A DNA stretch of 64,000 nt from an uncultured Nitrososphaerales archaeon (GCA_963841565.1 CAWJCY010000006.1:288001-352000), one strand, 5' to 3'; counted from the first letter of the stretch, positions 11,843-22,840 are shown. Made by a program: numbers and translations. The notes: generated by a model from the sequence alone, not told the origin.

Positions 11843-12229
11843 TTAGGTAGCTGCATCTGCTTCTGCGATTACCACATGTTTGTCAACTTGATCAATACCA
11901 AGTGTCTCCAAAATAGTAAACGGCACTGACTCACCTGGTTGGAGTGTCTGAGACGGTTGAGTAATGAATCTACTGGTCTCAAGTAAAAGTTGTCCATTTG
12001 AATCGTAGAACTGCACGTTTACCCTTATATCATCTACACCCGCAGTCGAATTGTTTACAACTTGTCCTTCCAGTTCTACATTATTGGTAGGACCTGCTAT
12101 TAATTCGACTTGTGAGGTTTCTAGGTTAACAGTGTTCGGTTGTTTTTGTGCCAATACCTCAGCAGTTGTAAAGACAGTCATTGCAGTCAATATAGGAATT
12201 AACACCTTGATGATTGAGTTTGTCATCAA
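11843..12229 (-). CDS. Secreted FxLYD-domain protein
   Basis: Signal-peptide-like N-terminus; GQVVNN, VNVQFYDSNGQLL, LQPGESVPF pattern. Confidence 0.8.
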   Translation of the reverse strand: MMTNSIIKVLIPILTAMTVFTTAEVLAQKQPNTVNLETSQVELIAGPTNNVELEGQVVNNSTAGVDDIRVNVQFYDSNGQLLLETSRFITQPSQTLQPGESVPFTILETLGIDQVDKHVVIAEADAAT

Positions 12230-12414
12230 CTGAAATATCTTTTTACATCCTTAAAAACTGTTCACTTGCACATATGAATTTGTACAAAGCAACATGTTGT
12301 CTAAAAAATTTAATCACTTGCGACTTCCGCTAACATGTCAGGTGATTTAACCAATAATAACCACATATCTGAAAAAAGTGAGATTAAATGATCCGTCGCA
12401 ACGCATTTAGGTGT

Positions 12415-13596
12415 TTACTTTCTATGTTCGTGCTTTTGGTTTTGTTGTTGCTGCTGTAGCCGATGCTGATGCAATATATCAGGTACCGAAATCCATCTCC
12501 TGAATGAAGTAGATTGTGTCGTCATTGGCTTAGCGATCGATGAATGTGGAATTATTGAAATTCTTTCCAGATCTGGAAACTTGGAACGAATCTCCATTTC
12601 AACCTGAAGACATATCATCTCAACATCCTTGAGCGGCTTATCGCCATCTACTTCAATATGCACTTCTGCTTGGGAGACCATTCCTGCTGGTCTAAGCAAC
12701 ACTGAGCGAACCTTGACACTAGTTTGCAATTGCTCCGGTCCTTGGCCAAATCTAAACTGCTTTTGTTCGATGTATTGCTTAATAAGTTCAGTAAGTTTTG
12801 GGTTCTGCCACGAATCTACGAGTATCAAGGATGATTTCTTCAAGGAGATATAAGATACTGAGAAAATGTAGCCTGCAATTATCATCCCGCCTATTGCATC
12901 CATTTGCAAAAATCCAAATTGTGAAGCTATTAAGACACTTAAAAATCCAATTACTGATGCTGAACCATCTTTTATCGAATTCCTAGCATCGGTTCTTAAT
13001 GATAACAAATTGTACTTGTTTGCAATATTCCTCATCTGGAAAGCCCTATGTAATGAGACTGCACCAGCTGCAGCCAAAACAACCATCGTGAGAACTGGTT
13101 GTCTTATTTCATGGGGATGCAACAGTGCCTCGTATGAATTGTAGAATATTACAATCCCTATTGCTACCATTCCAATAGCAGCCATCAACGCAGCAAAGCT
13201 TTCTACCTTATGATATCCAAAATGAAATTTCTTGTCAGCTGGTCTGTGTGCAATACGAAGACCCAACAGAACGATAAATGATATAACTGCATCAGAAACA
13301 GAATCTAGCCCATCTGCTGTTGCTACGACACTACCGCTAAAGTAACCCGTAAGAATTTCTACAATTCCAATGCTGACGAGAGTAACAACGGATATTTTTG
13401 CGATTCTCTGCCCTGCTAGGATTCCTTCGCTTACAAGGCTGCTATGTTCGGAAGACTTTCGATTTCTATTTAATTCGCCAAGGTGGTCTGGTTTCTCACC
13501 TTCTAGGTTCAACCCTTTATCCCGACCTCGAGATGAACCCTTCATTGTACTATCGCTTAGATCGTCATCAGAAGCCCCGGTATTACTGTCGTCCAA
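12415..13596 (-). CDS. Cation diffusion facilitator (FieF-like) transporter
   Basis: ADGLDSVSD, PADKKFHFGYHKVE, about 6 TM helices and C-terminal dimerisation domain; start codon uncertain. Confidence 0.9.
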   Translation of the reverse strand: MDDSNTGASDDDLSDSTMKGSSRGRDKGLNLEGEKPDHLGELNRNRKSSEHSSLVSEGILAGQRIAKISVVTLVSIGIVEILTGYFSGSVVATADGLDSVSDAVISFIVLLGLRIAHRPADKKFHFGYHKVESFAALMAAIGMVAIGIVIFYNSYEALLHPHEIRQPVLTMVVLAAAGAVSLHRAFQMRNIANKYNLLSLRTDARNSIKDGSASVIGFLSVLIASQFGFLQMDAIGGMIIAGYIFSVSYISLKKSSLILVDSWQNPKLTELIKQYIEQKQFRFGQGPEQLQTSVKVRSVLLRPAGMVSQAEVHIEVDGDKPLKDVEMICLQVEMEIRSKFPDLERISIIPHSSIAKPMTTQSTSFRRWISVPDILHQHRLQQQQQNQKHEHRK

Positions 13597-14744
13597 TTTC
13601 TAAAATATGCAATCATTAGTACCCATTGGCATGATATAAACATCGCGTATTAGAGGATTTTCATGTTTATTTCCGTATATTTCATCATTTTTGCTGGTAA
13701 GGAAGTATATCATAGAGATATTAATAATAGAAATATAAGAATTAAAATGTAAAGGCTATCCTTGATTTGCCGGTTTAAAATCCCTTGATTCTTGGGAAAG
13801 ACACTAGTTCCGGGATTTATCAAATATGGTTTAGTTTTGAGGAAAGGAATGGACTCGGTAAGTGCTCACTCACCTGTGGCAAAATGGCTGATACATTCCT
13901 GCCTAAATAAGATTTGCGTATCAGAAGGGAGATGTATCCGAACTAATACCTAATCCAATAAATTTATACAAATACGACGTCACATTCCTAAGCAACTCAG
14001 AGCAAAACTGTAGGAAAATTTAGTTCAAAAAATTCCATATAAGGAGATGGAAGCGTTGAAGGATTCGAACGACAAAGGGAATATTGTCAGAGGCCAGACC
14101 GATAAAAATAAAGCAATTACATATTGACTAAATGTACGTTGGTATTTATCTGGTGATATTAGGTATGGTACCATCTCTGTACCTAAAATTACGATGTACT
14201 ATTTCTAACGCTACAATAGAATTCTAACGATATTCCTAGAATATTCTTTGAGTTGTTCTGATACTCAATGTCTACACCCATGATTGGTGGCACTATCCGT
14301 TACCTCGCGGATCGACTAGAGAAACCGACGGGATTTCTCGATGCAATGTATATTAGGTATCCACAGTAGCTTGTAATTATCCATCTGTAATGTATCTATT
14401 GGGCTGCAGTTTTCTAAGGACTAGTAACTGAAGGTTTTAATGCAAGAATGCTTAAAATAGAATAGGACTGATAGCCATATTTACATATAGGTTCCTAGAG
14501 GGACCCTAATTAGTTAGTGTTTGTATCGAAATCTGGGAAGTGAACTATCAGAGTTTATCTAAATTAGGAGATAAATAACTTTATGATTGCAATAGTCCAT
14601 CATGTAGTATCAACCGTATGTCGTATTAGGATGGAGTATAGGGTTTTATCTTAACGGATCACCAAATTTTGACATATAGATGTCACTATCTGAAGAAAAT
14701 AACTTTCAATCTATTTATATCAATGTATTTAATAAGAGTGAAAT

Positions 14745-16214
14745 ATGGCGCCGTCATCTAATTCAGGTGATACTTATTCTCTGATATTTCAATTAGGAAC
14801 AAGAATAGATTCCCTACAAAAAATACCTCTAAGTGCTGGCATTTTATTGGCGGTAAGTCTGGCTAGCTTTTTTACCTATTATGATTTTTCAAATTATGCA
14901 TACATATCACCAATGTTGAAGGAGAGCTGGAATGTTCAAGATTCAGAGATCGCCTTAGGCGCTTCTTTAACAGTTTTGGGATATGTAATAGGTGCAGTCC
15001 TCATTACGATCCATGCTGATCTCTATGGAAGAAAACCTGCTCTTATAATTTCAGTTCTAATCCTGGCAGCAGGCTCCATCCTGTCGGCGTCAGCACAAGA
15101 TATGACTCAGATGGTCATATTTAGATTGATCACTGGTATTGGAATTGGCTCAGAAATTGCAATTGTAACGACATATATCGGAGAAATGTCACCAAAGTCA
15201 AAGAGAGGGAGATACACTTCACTAGTAGTTTTTTTCGGGTGGATAGGTATTGCTTTATCGGGGCCCATCTCTTTTGCACTGTTCGAAAGCGAAATCAATA
15301 AGGTGGTCCAGATAGAGAGTTGGCGAATAATTCTAGCGATAGCAGTAGTACCAGCCCTGATCGCACTAATTCTAAGAATGGGTATGCCAGAGTCCCTTCG
15401 ATGGCTGATATCCAAGGGTAAAACTAAAGAAGCGAATCGACTACTCATCAAGCTTGGGTTAGATCCGGTTACACGTCATCGAGTTGAAAATCACTCTGAA
15501 ATGGAAAATGCATCAAAAAAGGTCCCAGATGTCACAGAGGAAGGAGGACTTGATGACAAAAAAGGGCCAATCAGCTCGAGCCGTGCGGTCAATAAGAATC
15601 TAAGTCTTCTATTCAAGAAGATCGTTACTAATAGGAGACTCGTTTTTGGTAGGATTTCCATACTTTCAGCTATTTGGTCTCTTGCCCTTATACCAATTTA
15701 CGCTTCGCTTCTATTGGTAGTTGAATATACTAACCAAGGATATGAAATTTTAGAATCTATATCTGTGAATATGATCGCAAGTTCGGGGTTTGTGGCGGGA
15801 GGAATATGTTCTCTTATTGTTGCAGACAGGATTGAAAGAAAGTATCAAATCGCATTTTCATGCGCGATTATTGGGTTGGCATTTATCCTCCGTGGTATAT
15901 TCATACATGACTACGTTGGATTAGTTATCTCCAGTTTTATAGCATTTGGGGCTAATGCATGGATGATCTCGAATCTCTTAACCTACACAGCGGAAAATTT
16001 TCCTACCGAGATTCGTTCCACATGCTCTGGGATTGTTGAAGGTGCAGGCAGGTTAATTGCCACAATTGGGCCTTTTGTCTTTATTATGTTTGTAACTTTC
16101 GGATTTCTCAATCTGATGATTGGGCTCTCATCATTTAGTTTTGTTGCGGCCATAGTAGTCTTATTGCTGGGAAGAAATACGTTGAATCTATCCTTGGAAA
16201 AGTTGAATGCATAA
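14745..16214 (+). CDS. MFS transporter (sugar/aromatic acid porter-like)
   Basis: DLYGRK, YIGEMSPKSKRG, WR, PESLRWL, ENFPTEIRS motifs. Confidence 0.92.
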   Translation: MAPSSNSGDTYSLIFQLGTRIDSLQKIPLSAGILLAVSLASFFTYYDFSNYAYISPMLKESWNVQDSEIALGASLTVLGYVIGAVLITIHADLYGRKPALIISVLILAAGSILSASAQDMTQMVIFRLITGIGIGSEIAIVTTYIGEMSPKSKRGRYTSLVVFFGWIGIALSGPISFALFESEINKVVQIESWRIILAIAVVPALIALILRMGMPESLRWLISKGKTKEANRLLIKLGLDPVTRHRVENHSEMENASKKVPDVTEEGGLDDKKGPISSSRAVNKNLSLLFKKIVTNRRLVFGRISILSAIWSLALIPIYASLLLVVEYTNQGYEILESISVNMIASSGFVAGGICSLIVADRIERKYQIAFSCAIIGLAFILRGIFIHDYVGLVISSFIAFGANAWMISNLLTYTAENFPTEIRSTCSGIVEGAGRLIATIGPFVFIMFVTFGFLNLMIGLSSFSFVAAIVVLLLGRNTLNLSLEKLNA

Positions 16215-16460
16215 GCCAGTCATAATGACAAGTTGGATTACGAGCTAGTTGCTGTTTGAAATGTGCTCATAGACTTGTTCGAGAATTAGAGATATAATCA
16301 TAAAAACTAATCAGTAATATCTGGGTCAGCGACAGTAAAAGTCAAGAATTACGGATGCAGATTTGAGATAATTATTGCGTAAGGTAGACTTAAAATGAAG
16401 GCATGGTCGCTTGAAATATGTTACCTTATAGATTTGCTCTGGACTTCATTGATTACTTGA

Positions 16461-17168
16461 TTAGTAATGCTGAGAATCTAGAATCATCCTAGCAGTTTGA
16501 AAGATTACTATCCACATTTTCCACGTTAATCTTCCTGTGTTAGTATTCTGCCTACTTGGATGATATGACGATAAAAGAACCTTATTACCTTTGATATTGA
16601 ACTTACCGCCGTGTTGAAACTCTATTGCAGTGATGCCGACAAGCTTGCAATATGTTTGAAATGCAATATGTCCAAGAGTGACGATAACCTTGACTGTTTT
16701 ATCAAGCAAATCTAATTCAGACCTTAGATATTGGGAACAGTTCGCTATTTCAAACGAAGTGGGCCGATTGTGAGGGGGTGCACAGCGTACGACTGCTGTA
16801 ATATATGCATCTTTTAATGCAAATCCGTCATTCATGCACCGACTAACAAAAGAGCTAGCAAACCCCGTTTGGAATAATGCTTTGGCAACCCAGTCTCCTG
16901 AGCTATCACCTGTAAACATACGTCCTGTTCTATTTCCACCATGAGCAGCCGGTGCTAGTCCGATAATTAGTAACCTTGCATTGGCATCTCCAAAGCTGGG
17001 AACTGGTCTTGCCCAGTAAAGTTCATTTCCGTACCGCTTTGGTCTGTTTGATGAAATTAATCTTATATGTTCCGATAACCTTGGACATATCTGACACACA
17101 GTTACTCTTCTATTAATTTCAAAAAGCTTCTCCTTTGAATCACAGTTTCCGACATTGGAGTTCATCAA
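16461..17168 (-). CDS. Uracil-DNA glycosylase, family 5 (UdgB-like)
   Basis: CxxCPRL Fe-S cysteines, GLAPAAHGGNRTGRMFTGD, YHPSRQNTNTG. Confidence 0.92.
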   Translation of the reverse strand: MMNSNVGNCDSKEKLFEINRRVTVCQICPRLSEHIRLISSNRPKRYGNELYWARPVPSFGDANARLLIIGLAPAAHGGNRTGRMFTGDSSGDWVAKALFQTGFASSFVSRCMNDGFALKDAYITAVVRCAPPHNRPTSFEIANCSQYLRSELDLLDKTVKVIVTLGHIAFQTYCKLVGITAIEFQHGGKFNIKGNKVLLSSYHPSRQNTNTGRLTWKMWIVIFQTARMILDSQHY

Positions 17169-17454
17169 TGTAGATACATACTCTTTTGGCCTTCAAGATA
17201 ACTTCCTCGGAGGTAAACCCTGTATATTAATATTTTATGCCTAGTTTCAAATTAACGTAATCGCTCGATGCATATTTACATTAAGAAGCCGGTATCAATT
17301 TACTGAATAGGGATCACAACTTGCGTGAGTGCATAGCTTTCTCATTATGATTCTGTTGATAGGTAGGAATTCTTACTAATTTTTGTTGATATACAATCAT
17401 GAAAATCAAAGGATTTGTTTTACTAAATAGTGTTTTTTAAATATCTGGTGATAT

Positions 17455-18885
17455 ATGTACGCATTTGTTAGAGATGCAGGAGGATGTCTGTGGTTGACTG
17501 AAGAATTTTGGCGACGGATAGAAGAATATCGACAATTGGGGTTCGACCCTTTGAGGTGGATTGCTACTGGTTCTAATGAAGTTGATTATTGGAAAATTGA
17601 ACAAATGGTAAATGAAATGAAACGTAGCTCTATAAAGTTGGATACAAATTGGTTCGATGCATTCCATTATGCCGACGGAAAAACGCCTGACCTTACAAGA
17701 AGGGTCTTTTCCCTACGTGATCCTGCAGTTGAAAACGAGGTTGACCTTAAACACGCCATTGCGATGTTCCGGGTACATAAGGAGATAGAGAATGATTCTC
17801 CGTTATTTACTGATATTCTAAATAATTTCTTCAGAAATTTCAGATGTAAAGTTTCCGTCAATAAGAGCACATTTGCAGTTACAGAACATAGAGATGCACA
17901 ATTTGCATTACTTGATTACATTGGTTTGCACAGAGGAGATAAGGTAGGTTTTACCGCCGCTGATAATGCCACTGCGCATGTGATTGATCCTACACTAGAA
18001 CCCGATTCCGAGCTCCATACAGACATTCCCATGACACGATGCATCGACCATTTGAATCTGCTTGGATGCACATCAGGATTTGACCTCTATCCCATATATG
18101 ATTCTCCTCAAGAATCTTCACTAGATATCATCGGAAAAAATCTTGACGCATTCACCTCCAGATATAATCTCAAGATGGATGATTACAGCTCACTTAAAAT
18201 AGGAAGGCTCTTCTTTGGAGCAACTGGGATTGCTAACACCTACAAAGAACTACCTACAAATTATGACCAGATCGAAGAGACCATGCAGATTATTATCACT
18301 AATCCGCTCGGTTCATTGATGGCATTAAGTCTTTACACGCTAGCACAAATTGATGAGAAGATTATGTTTACTTTAGAAAACAAGGGCATCAACAATCAAG
18401 ATCTTGTATCTGCAAAAGATGAATGCATGAAGAATCTCTGCGAACCACATTTTTCACTTGGAAAAATAGTCTCAAAGTATTGTCCCGGGTTTGGGACTCC
18501 GCTTCAGAAGAACGAGAATTTGATAGCCGTTCATCCTTTAGCTAGTGACGGTATACTTGGCTTATGGAAGCTTGCCCGAATTAGTAATTGTCATCTTGTA
18601 GTCAATGACCTTCCAATGATGTTTGAGGAAATTGCAAGACTAGCTTCAAGTGAGGCCCTTGTAATGAACCCAACTGCTGCACTAAATGGATGTCACACCA
18701 TAGTCGCAACCAATGATATTTCAAGTTTAATGCTAGATGAATTGCGAAAACATAACTTTAGAGCAACGGTGATAGGTTTTATTGCCAAAAAGGGAGAGAA
18801 GAATGTTACCTTTGGAGATAACATTAAGGATCACTTTGCTGCGAAAATTGGATTATCAATACTCAATAAAATAGCAGGTAAGTGA
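17455..18885 (+). CDS. SelD-like (PurM/AIR-synthase fold) protein, degenerate active site
   Basis: N-terminal YRQLGFDPLRWIATGSNEVD and HVIDPT/PIYDSP/LFFGAT segments resemble archaeal SelD-related proteins (from memory). Confidence 0.6.
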   Translation: MYAFVRDAGGCLWLTEEFWRRIEEYRQLGFDPLRWIATGSNEVDYWKIEQMVNEMKRSSIKLDTNWFDAFHYADGKTPDLTRRVFSLRDPAVENEVDLKHAIAMFRVHKEIENDSPLFTDILNNFFRNFRCKVSVNKSTFAVTEHRDAQFALLDYIGLHRGDKVGFTAADNATAHVIDPTLEPDSELHTDIPMTRCIDHLNLLGCTSGFDLYPIYDSPQESSLDIIGKNLDAFTSRYNLKMDDYSSLKIGRLFFGATGIANTYKELPTNYDQIEETMQIIITNPLGSLMALSLYTLAQIDEKIMFTLENKGINNQDLVSAKDECMKNLCEPHFSLGKIVSKYCPGFGTPLQKNENLIAVHPLASDGILGLWKLARISNCHLVVNDLPMMFEEIARLASSEALVMNPTAALNGCHTIVATNDISSLMLDELRKHNFRATVIGFIAKKGEKNVTFGDNIKDHFAAKIGLSILNKIAGK

Positions 18886-18965
18886 ACGATGATGGTGAAT
18901 ATATGACAAAGATTATTAATTACTCGAAGACTTGAAGTCTTATTCGAGTACTGATCGCCGTGTGA

Positions 18966-20072
18966 CTAATCTGAGAACTTGTTTGTCTGATTCTCATCAT
19001 TATCGTTCTTGTCGATTGAAACTTCTCCATCTGGCCTGCTTCTTCCTTCTTTTACCAGAACATATTTGATTCTAACAAATGAAAATAGTATTGCTAATCC
19101 GAGGATTCCAAAGATAACAGCTATGGAAGTAGGGATAGGTATTTCGTATAACTCGGATATTAACATCTTGATGCCTATGAAAAGCAGTATTGCAGCCAGT
19201 CCTGGTTTCAGATAGTAAAATTTGTCTATCATACCCGCGAGAAGAAAGTACAGGCTCCTCAAGCCCAGTATGGCAAATATATTAGAGGTTATCACTAGAA
19301 ATGAGTCAGTTGTAATTGCAAGAATTGCAGGAATAGAATCAAGTGCAAACACCAAATCTGTCATCTCTATGATTACTAGTGCAATTAGCATTGGGGTTGC
19401 ATACATTATACCATCTGAGGCCCGGTGTAGAAACTTGTCTGAGGTATTACCTTTTAATTCGATAGGAATGAACTTTTTCAAAATTCTTACTGCTATGTTC
19501 TTTTCGATTTCTATGTTCTTTTCCTTCTTTGCTACTAGCATTCGTATCGCGGTGAATACCAATAGACCACCAAAGAGGTATATCGTCCAATGAAATGACT
19601 CAAGCAGAGAAATCCCTGCGAGAATGAGGGCTATCCTCAGCCCAATTGCACTTAGTATTCCAAGCATCAATACCTTGTGCTGATAGATGTATGGGATACC
19701 AAGTGATGAAAATATTAGCACAAATACAAACATGTTATCTACGCTTAGTGATTTTTCAATAGCATATCCTGTCAGGAACAAAAGTGATTTGTCATACCCC
19801 ATACTTACAAAAATTAGGCCTGCAAATACGCCCGCAAGCGAAATCCAGATTATAGTCCAACGCAATGCATGTTCGAATGTTTTCTTGCTTCTTTCCTGGT
19901 TGCTTAGAACCTGTACAGTATTGTTGTCTGAAGAGTCCTTATTCTTAGATATCCTCCTCCTTATACTCTCAATCATCCCTAAGTCTATCGCTAAAGCTAT
20001 CCCTACGAATAACCCAAAAGCAATCCACATCAAAGATTGATAGCTACTATCAGCGAATACAAGAGGTTCCAT
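18966..20072 (-). CDS. TerC/Alx family membrane protein
   Basis: EKSLSVDNMFVF, DLVFALDSIPA, SNIFAILGLRSLYF motifs. Confidence 0.94.
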   Translation of the reverse strand: MEPLVFADSSYQSLMWIAFGLFVGIALAIDLGMIESIRRRISKNKDSSDNNTVQVLSNQERSKKTFEHALRWTIIWISLAGVFAGLIFVSMGYDKSLLFLTGYAIEKSLSVDNMFVFVLIFSSLGIPYIYQHKVLMLGILSAIGLRIALILAGISLLESFHWTIYLFGGLLVFTAIRMLVAKKEKNIEIEKNIAVRILKKFIPIELKGNTSDKFLHRASDGIMYATPMLIALVIIEMTDLVFALDSIPAILAITTDSFLVITSNIFAILGLRSLYFLLAGMIDKFYYLKPGLAAILLFIGIKMLISELYEIPIPTSIAVIFGILGLAILFSFVRIKYVLVKEGRSRPDGEVSIDKNDNDENQTNKFSD

Positions 20073-20377
20073 CGTTTAGACGATAAGAAATTTTTAGTCT
20101 AAGATATATTTGACTTGCAGGTATTCATTGTGTTACTTTGTATTGCCACATGTTCCTGACCTTCGATAATAATAGGATCAAGAAAGCATGACAGTTAAAT
20201 TAGGTAAATGGTTATTCGTAGGTAGCCTAAACTATTTCTATTCTTTTATCTTCTACAGGACGTTAGCTGTATAAGATGGACAAGTCTTGGTAAGTCTGCA
20301 GAGAAATTTCTAATCTCATTAAGAATTGGTTTTTCAACCGGTATTTCATGACATGTTGAGCTGTGTTTACAATTTGT

Positions 20378-20761
20378 TCAAGTCATCATGTAGTTGCTAA
20401 TCTTCATAGGTTCATTGAATTTTATTCGCTGTTTTGGAAAATCGTCAACAATTACGTCAAAGCTCATTTCTCTCAAAGTTTCTGGTACGCCGATCATCAC
20501 TTGGTCGCTTGTAAGAATACCTTGAGCAGCATTTTCGATTTGGTCTTGAGATTTGTACTCCCTCATCTGTTCAATCACATATGCACAAAAAATGGCAAGC
20601 GATTCATTGGCATTGATCCTTAAGTCCATTTCAATTTTCTTTTTGATCGATACTATGACATTGAAAAATATCGATTCCTCTTCCTTGTCAGGAAATTGAA
20701 ATACCCTTATGAATGGAGGAGTATCGATTTCCCCTCGAACCATGACTTTAATATCTATCAT
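20378..20761 (-). CDS. Stand-alone urease gamma-subunit-like protein with a non-UreA N-terminus
   Basis: LRINANESLAIFCAYVIEQMREYKS...ILTSDQVMIGVPETLREM...FNEPM parallels UreA LKLNYPEAVALI...EGARDGKS...VLTREQVMEGVPEM...VHNPI; start overlaps the upstream stop (ATGA). Confidence 0.75.
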   Translation of the reverse strand: MIDIKVMVRGEIDTPPFIRVFQFPDKEEESIFFNVIVSIKKKIEMDLRINANESLAIFCAYVIEQMREYKSQDQIENAAQGILTSDQVMIGVPETLREMSFDVIVDDFPKQRIKFNEPMKISNYMMT

Positions 20762-21882
20762 CGATTGTTTCTTTTTGGGGGCGCTGCTTTAGGACCGTTC
20801 CCAAAATCATATGTATGTCCCTTCCCACGATAGAATTTTGGCCTTACAGGATTTCCTTCCATTTCCCCTTTCTTTGTGAGTGAAAGCCCTGCCAAAAGTT
20901 CGACAATTAGTCGATTTGCCAAGCCTGAAGTGATTCCTCCGTTGTAAGAGTTGACGTCGCTTACATCATAATTGGGTGCTACTTCGACCAAATCGAATGC
21001 AAACTTGTCCGGATCAAAAGAGGTGGACAATAATCGCATCAATCTCATACCCTCTCTTGAAGTCAGCCCATTGGGCTCAGGCTCGCCAGTACCTGGCGCG
21101 TAGGCGGGGTCAAACGTATCGATATCCCAACTTATGTATACCGCATCAACATTATCATTTGCCCTATCGGCCGCTTCCTTAGCGATCGGGTCAATTCCCA
21201 TTTCTTCTACGTCCAGCATTGTAAACCACTGGAAATCCTGATCAGCCATCCATTTATAGAGATCAGGTCCAGGCCAATATCCTCTTGGGCCAATTAGGGT
21301 ATAATTTTTGCCCTTTAGACAACCTAACTCCATAATCCTTCTTATATGCGCCCCATGATCATATTTGAATCCGCAAAGTCCTTGAGGAGCGCAATCCGCG
21401 TGGGTGTCGATATGGATCATACCAATGTTTTTGTACTTCTTGGCAAACGCTCTCACGTTAGCGAATGTAATTGAGTGATCTCCACCTAACATTACAGGGA
21501 TCCCATCGATATCGAGAACCTCCTTGACCTTATCTGTCATTCTTCTGTGTGATTCAATGACGTCGCCAGGAGACACTACAACGTCACCATAGTCTACAGT
21601 TTTAAATACACCAAAAGGGTCCACTCCTGTTTCAATGTTGAAATGTTCATAAGGGGGAGATGGCACAGTTGAAGCTGCTCGGATTGCGCGTGGCCCATAT
21701 CTCGCACCAGGACGTATGGTTGTTCCAAAATCAAATGGTTCTCCTATTATAGCTACATCTGGTTTTATCTTTTCTAATTCCTGACGGGACCTGAGCCAAG
21801 GCAACTTCAGAAAAGTTGGTATACCAACAAAAATCGGCTCATCATTACCTTTGTACGAATCCCCATAGAATTCCATTCCCAT
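20758..21882 (-). CDS. Ureohydrolase (arginase/agmatinase family), substrate unknown
   Basis: RPGARYGP, GGDHS, DTHAD, SWDIDTFDPAYAPGTG, VEVAP motifs; binuclear metal ligands intact. Confidence 0.93.
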   Translation of the reverse strand: MGMEFYGDSYKGNDEPIFVGIPTFLKLPWLRSRQELEKIKPDVAIIGEPFDFGTTIRPGARYGPRAIRAASTVPSPPYEHFNIETGVDPFGVFKTVDYGDVVVSPGDVIESHRRMTDKVKEVLDIDGIPVMLGGDHSITFANVRAFAKKYKNIGMIHIDTHADCAPQGLCGFKYDHGAHIRRIMELGCLKGKNYTLIGPRGYWPGPDLYKWMADQDFQWFTMLDVEEMGIDPIAKEAADRANDNVDAVYISWDIDTFDPAYAPGTGEPEPNGLTSREGMRLMRLLSTSFDPDKFAFDLVEVAPNYDVSDVNSYNGGITSGLANRLIVELLAGLSLTKKGEMEGNPVRPKFYRGKGHTYDFGNGPKAAPPKRNNR

Positions 21883-22028
21883 CTTCTAATCGCTAAATAT
21901 TAGGACACGTACAATGTTTTTAAGCATTTCTAAGTAGTTTACGAATCTCTTTAACTCGCTGATCCGACTACATAAAGTCATATGTTACTGGCTTTGGGAT
22001 CAGATACTTACTGATAATGAGAATTAAT

Positions 22029-22061
22029 GGTATGGTTAGGGTATGGTCAGGGTATGGTCAG
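22029..22061. repeat. Three tandem copies of 11-bp GGTATGGT(T/C)AG
   Basis: Read directly: ggtatggttag ggtatggtcag ggtatggtcag. Confidence 0.85.
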
Positions 22062-22331
22062 TGTCAGTGTATACTAATGGTCTCGTTAAGTGATCTACAT
22101 TTTATACATTGAATTCATTGATATTAAGCTAAACCAACCATGTAGAATGTGATACAAAGACCACAATCCTCTAGTAGTTAGCTATCCATAAAATGAAGAT
22201 ATGAAGAGATTTGTCGAATGATATACTAACGTAATCTACGCATTGTATAATACTATACTGATGACCATGCATTTTAAAATGAATGATAGATCAATACTTT
22301 TTTATAGTTACTCCCCTTATAGGAAAATGCG

Positions 22332-22586
22332 ATGAATGCGGTTAGAAATGAAAGTGATGTTCAAGCTCGAGCAGTAGGAGCGATTGAGACACTGTATGGA
22401 AAAGGCATTTCGGATTTAAAGCTAAGATCACTATTCTCTCTTCCTAATGAGCAAAAAAGAGAGGAATGGGATGCACAGACAACTTTTATGTTAAATAACC
22501 TTCAATATGTGGTCGATCTTACGATTAGGGAACAAGATGGTATCATAACTAATGCTAGGCTGATAGACGTAATGAAACCTCTTTAA
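22332..22586 (+). CDS. Small hypothetical protein
   Basis: 84 aa ORF preceded by a TTTATA box about 25-30 bp upstream. Confidence 0.65.
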   Translation: MNAVRNESDVQARAVGAIETLYGKGISDLKLRSLFSLPNEQKREEWDAQTTFMLNNLQYVVDLTIREQDGIITNARLIDVMKPL

Positions 22587-22840
22587 CCTACTGGCATTTC
22601 GTTCTCAAGGATTCATTTTCGTAGGCTCCTAGCCAAGAAAGTCATCGCTGATGACTGATACGAATCCCATTTTAATGGCCAAAAATTTTTTTGGGTCGCC
22701 ACAAGTCTAGAAATGTTTGTTTTAAGAATGCATAAATTCGTAATATACATTATTCAATCGTACTTTATTATACCCTAATATTGGTAGTATACATATACTG
22801 AGGAAGTATTTTTATATATAATGTCTATAACCATAACACT

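Noticed and set aside
13600-14744. 1.1-kb intergenic gap, including a 26-codon ORF near 14047
   Set aside because: No homology, repeat or stable structure recognised.
20073-20377. yybP-ykoY manganese riboswitch upstream of the TerC/Alx gene
   Set aside because: No recognisable conserved structure; region is AT-rich.
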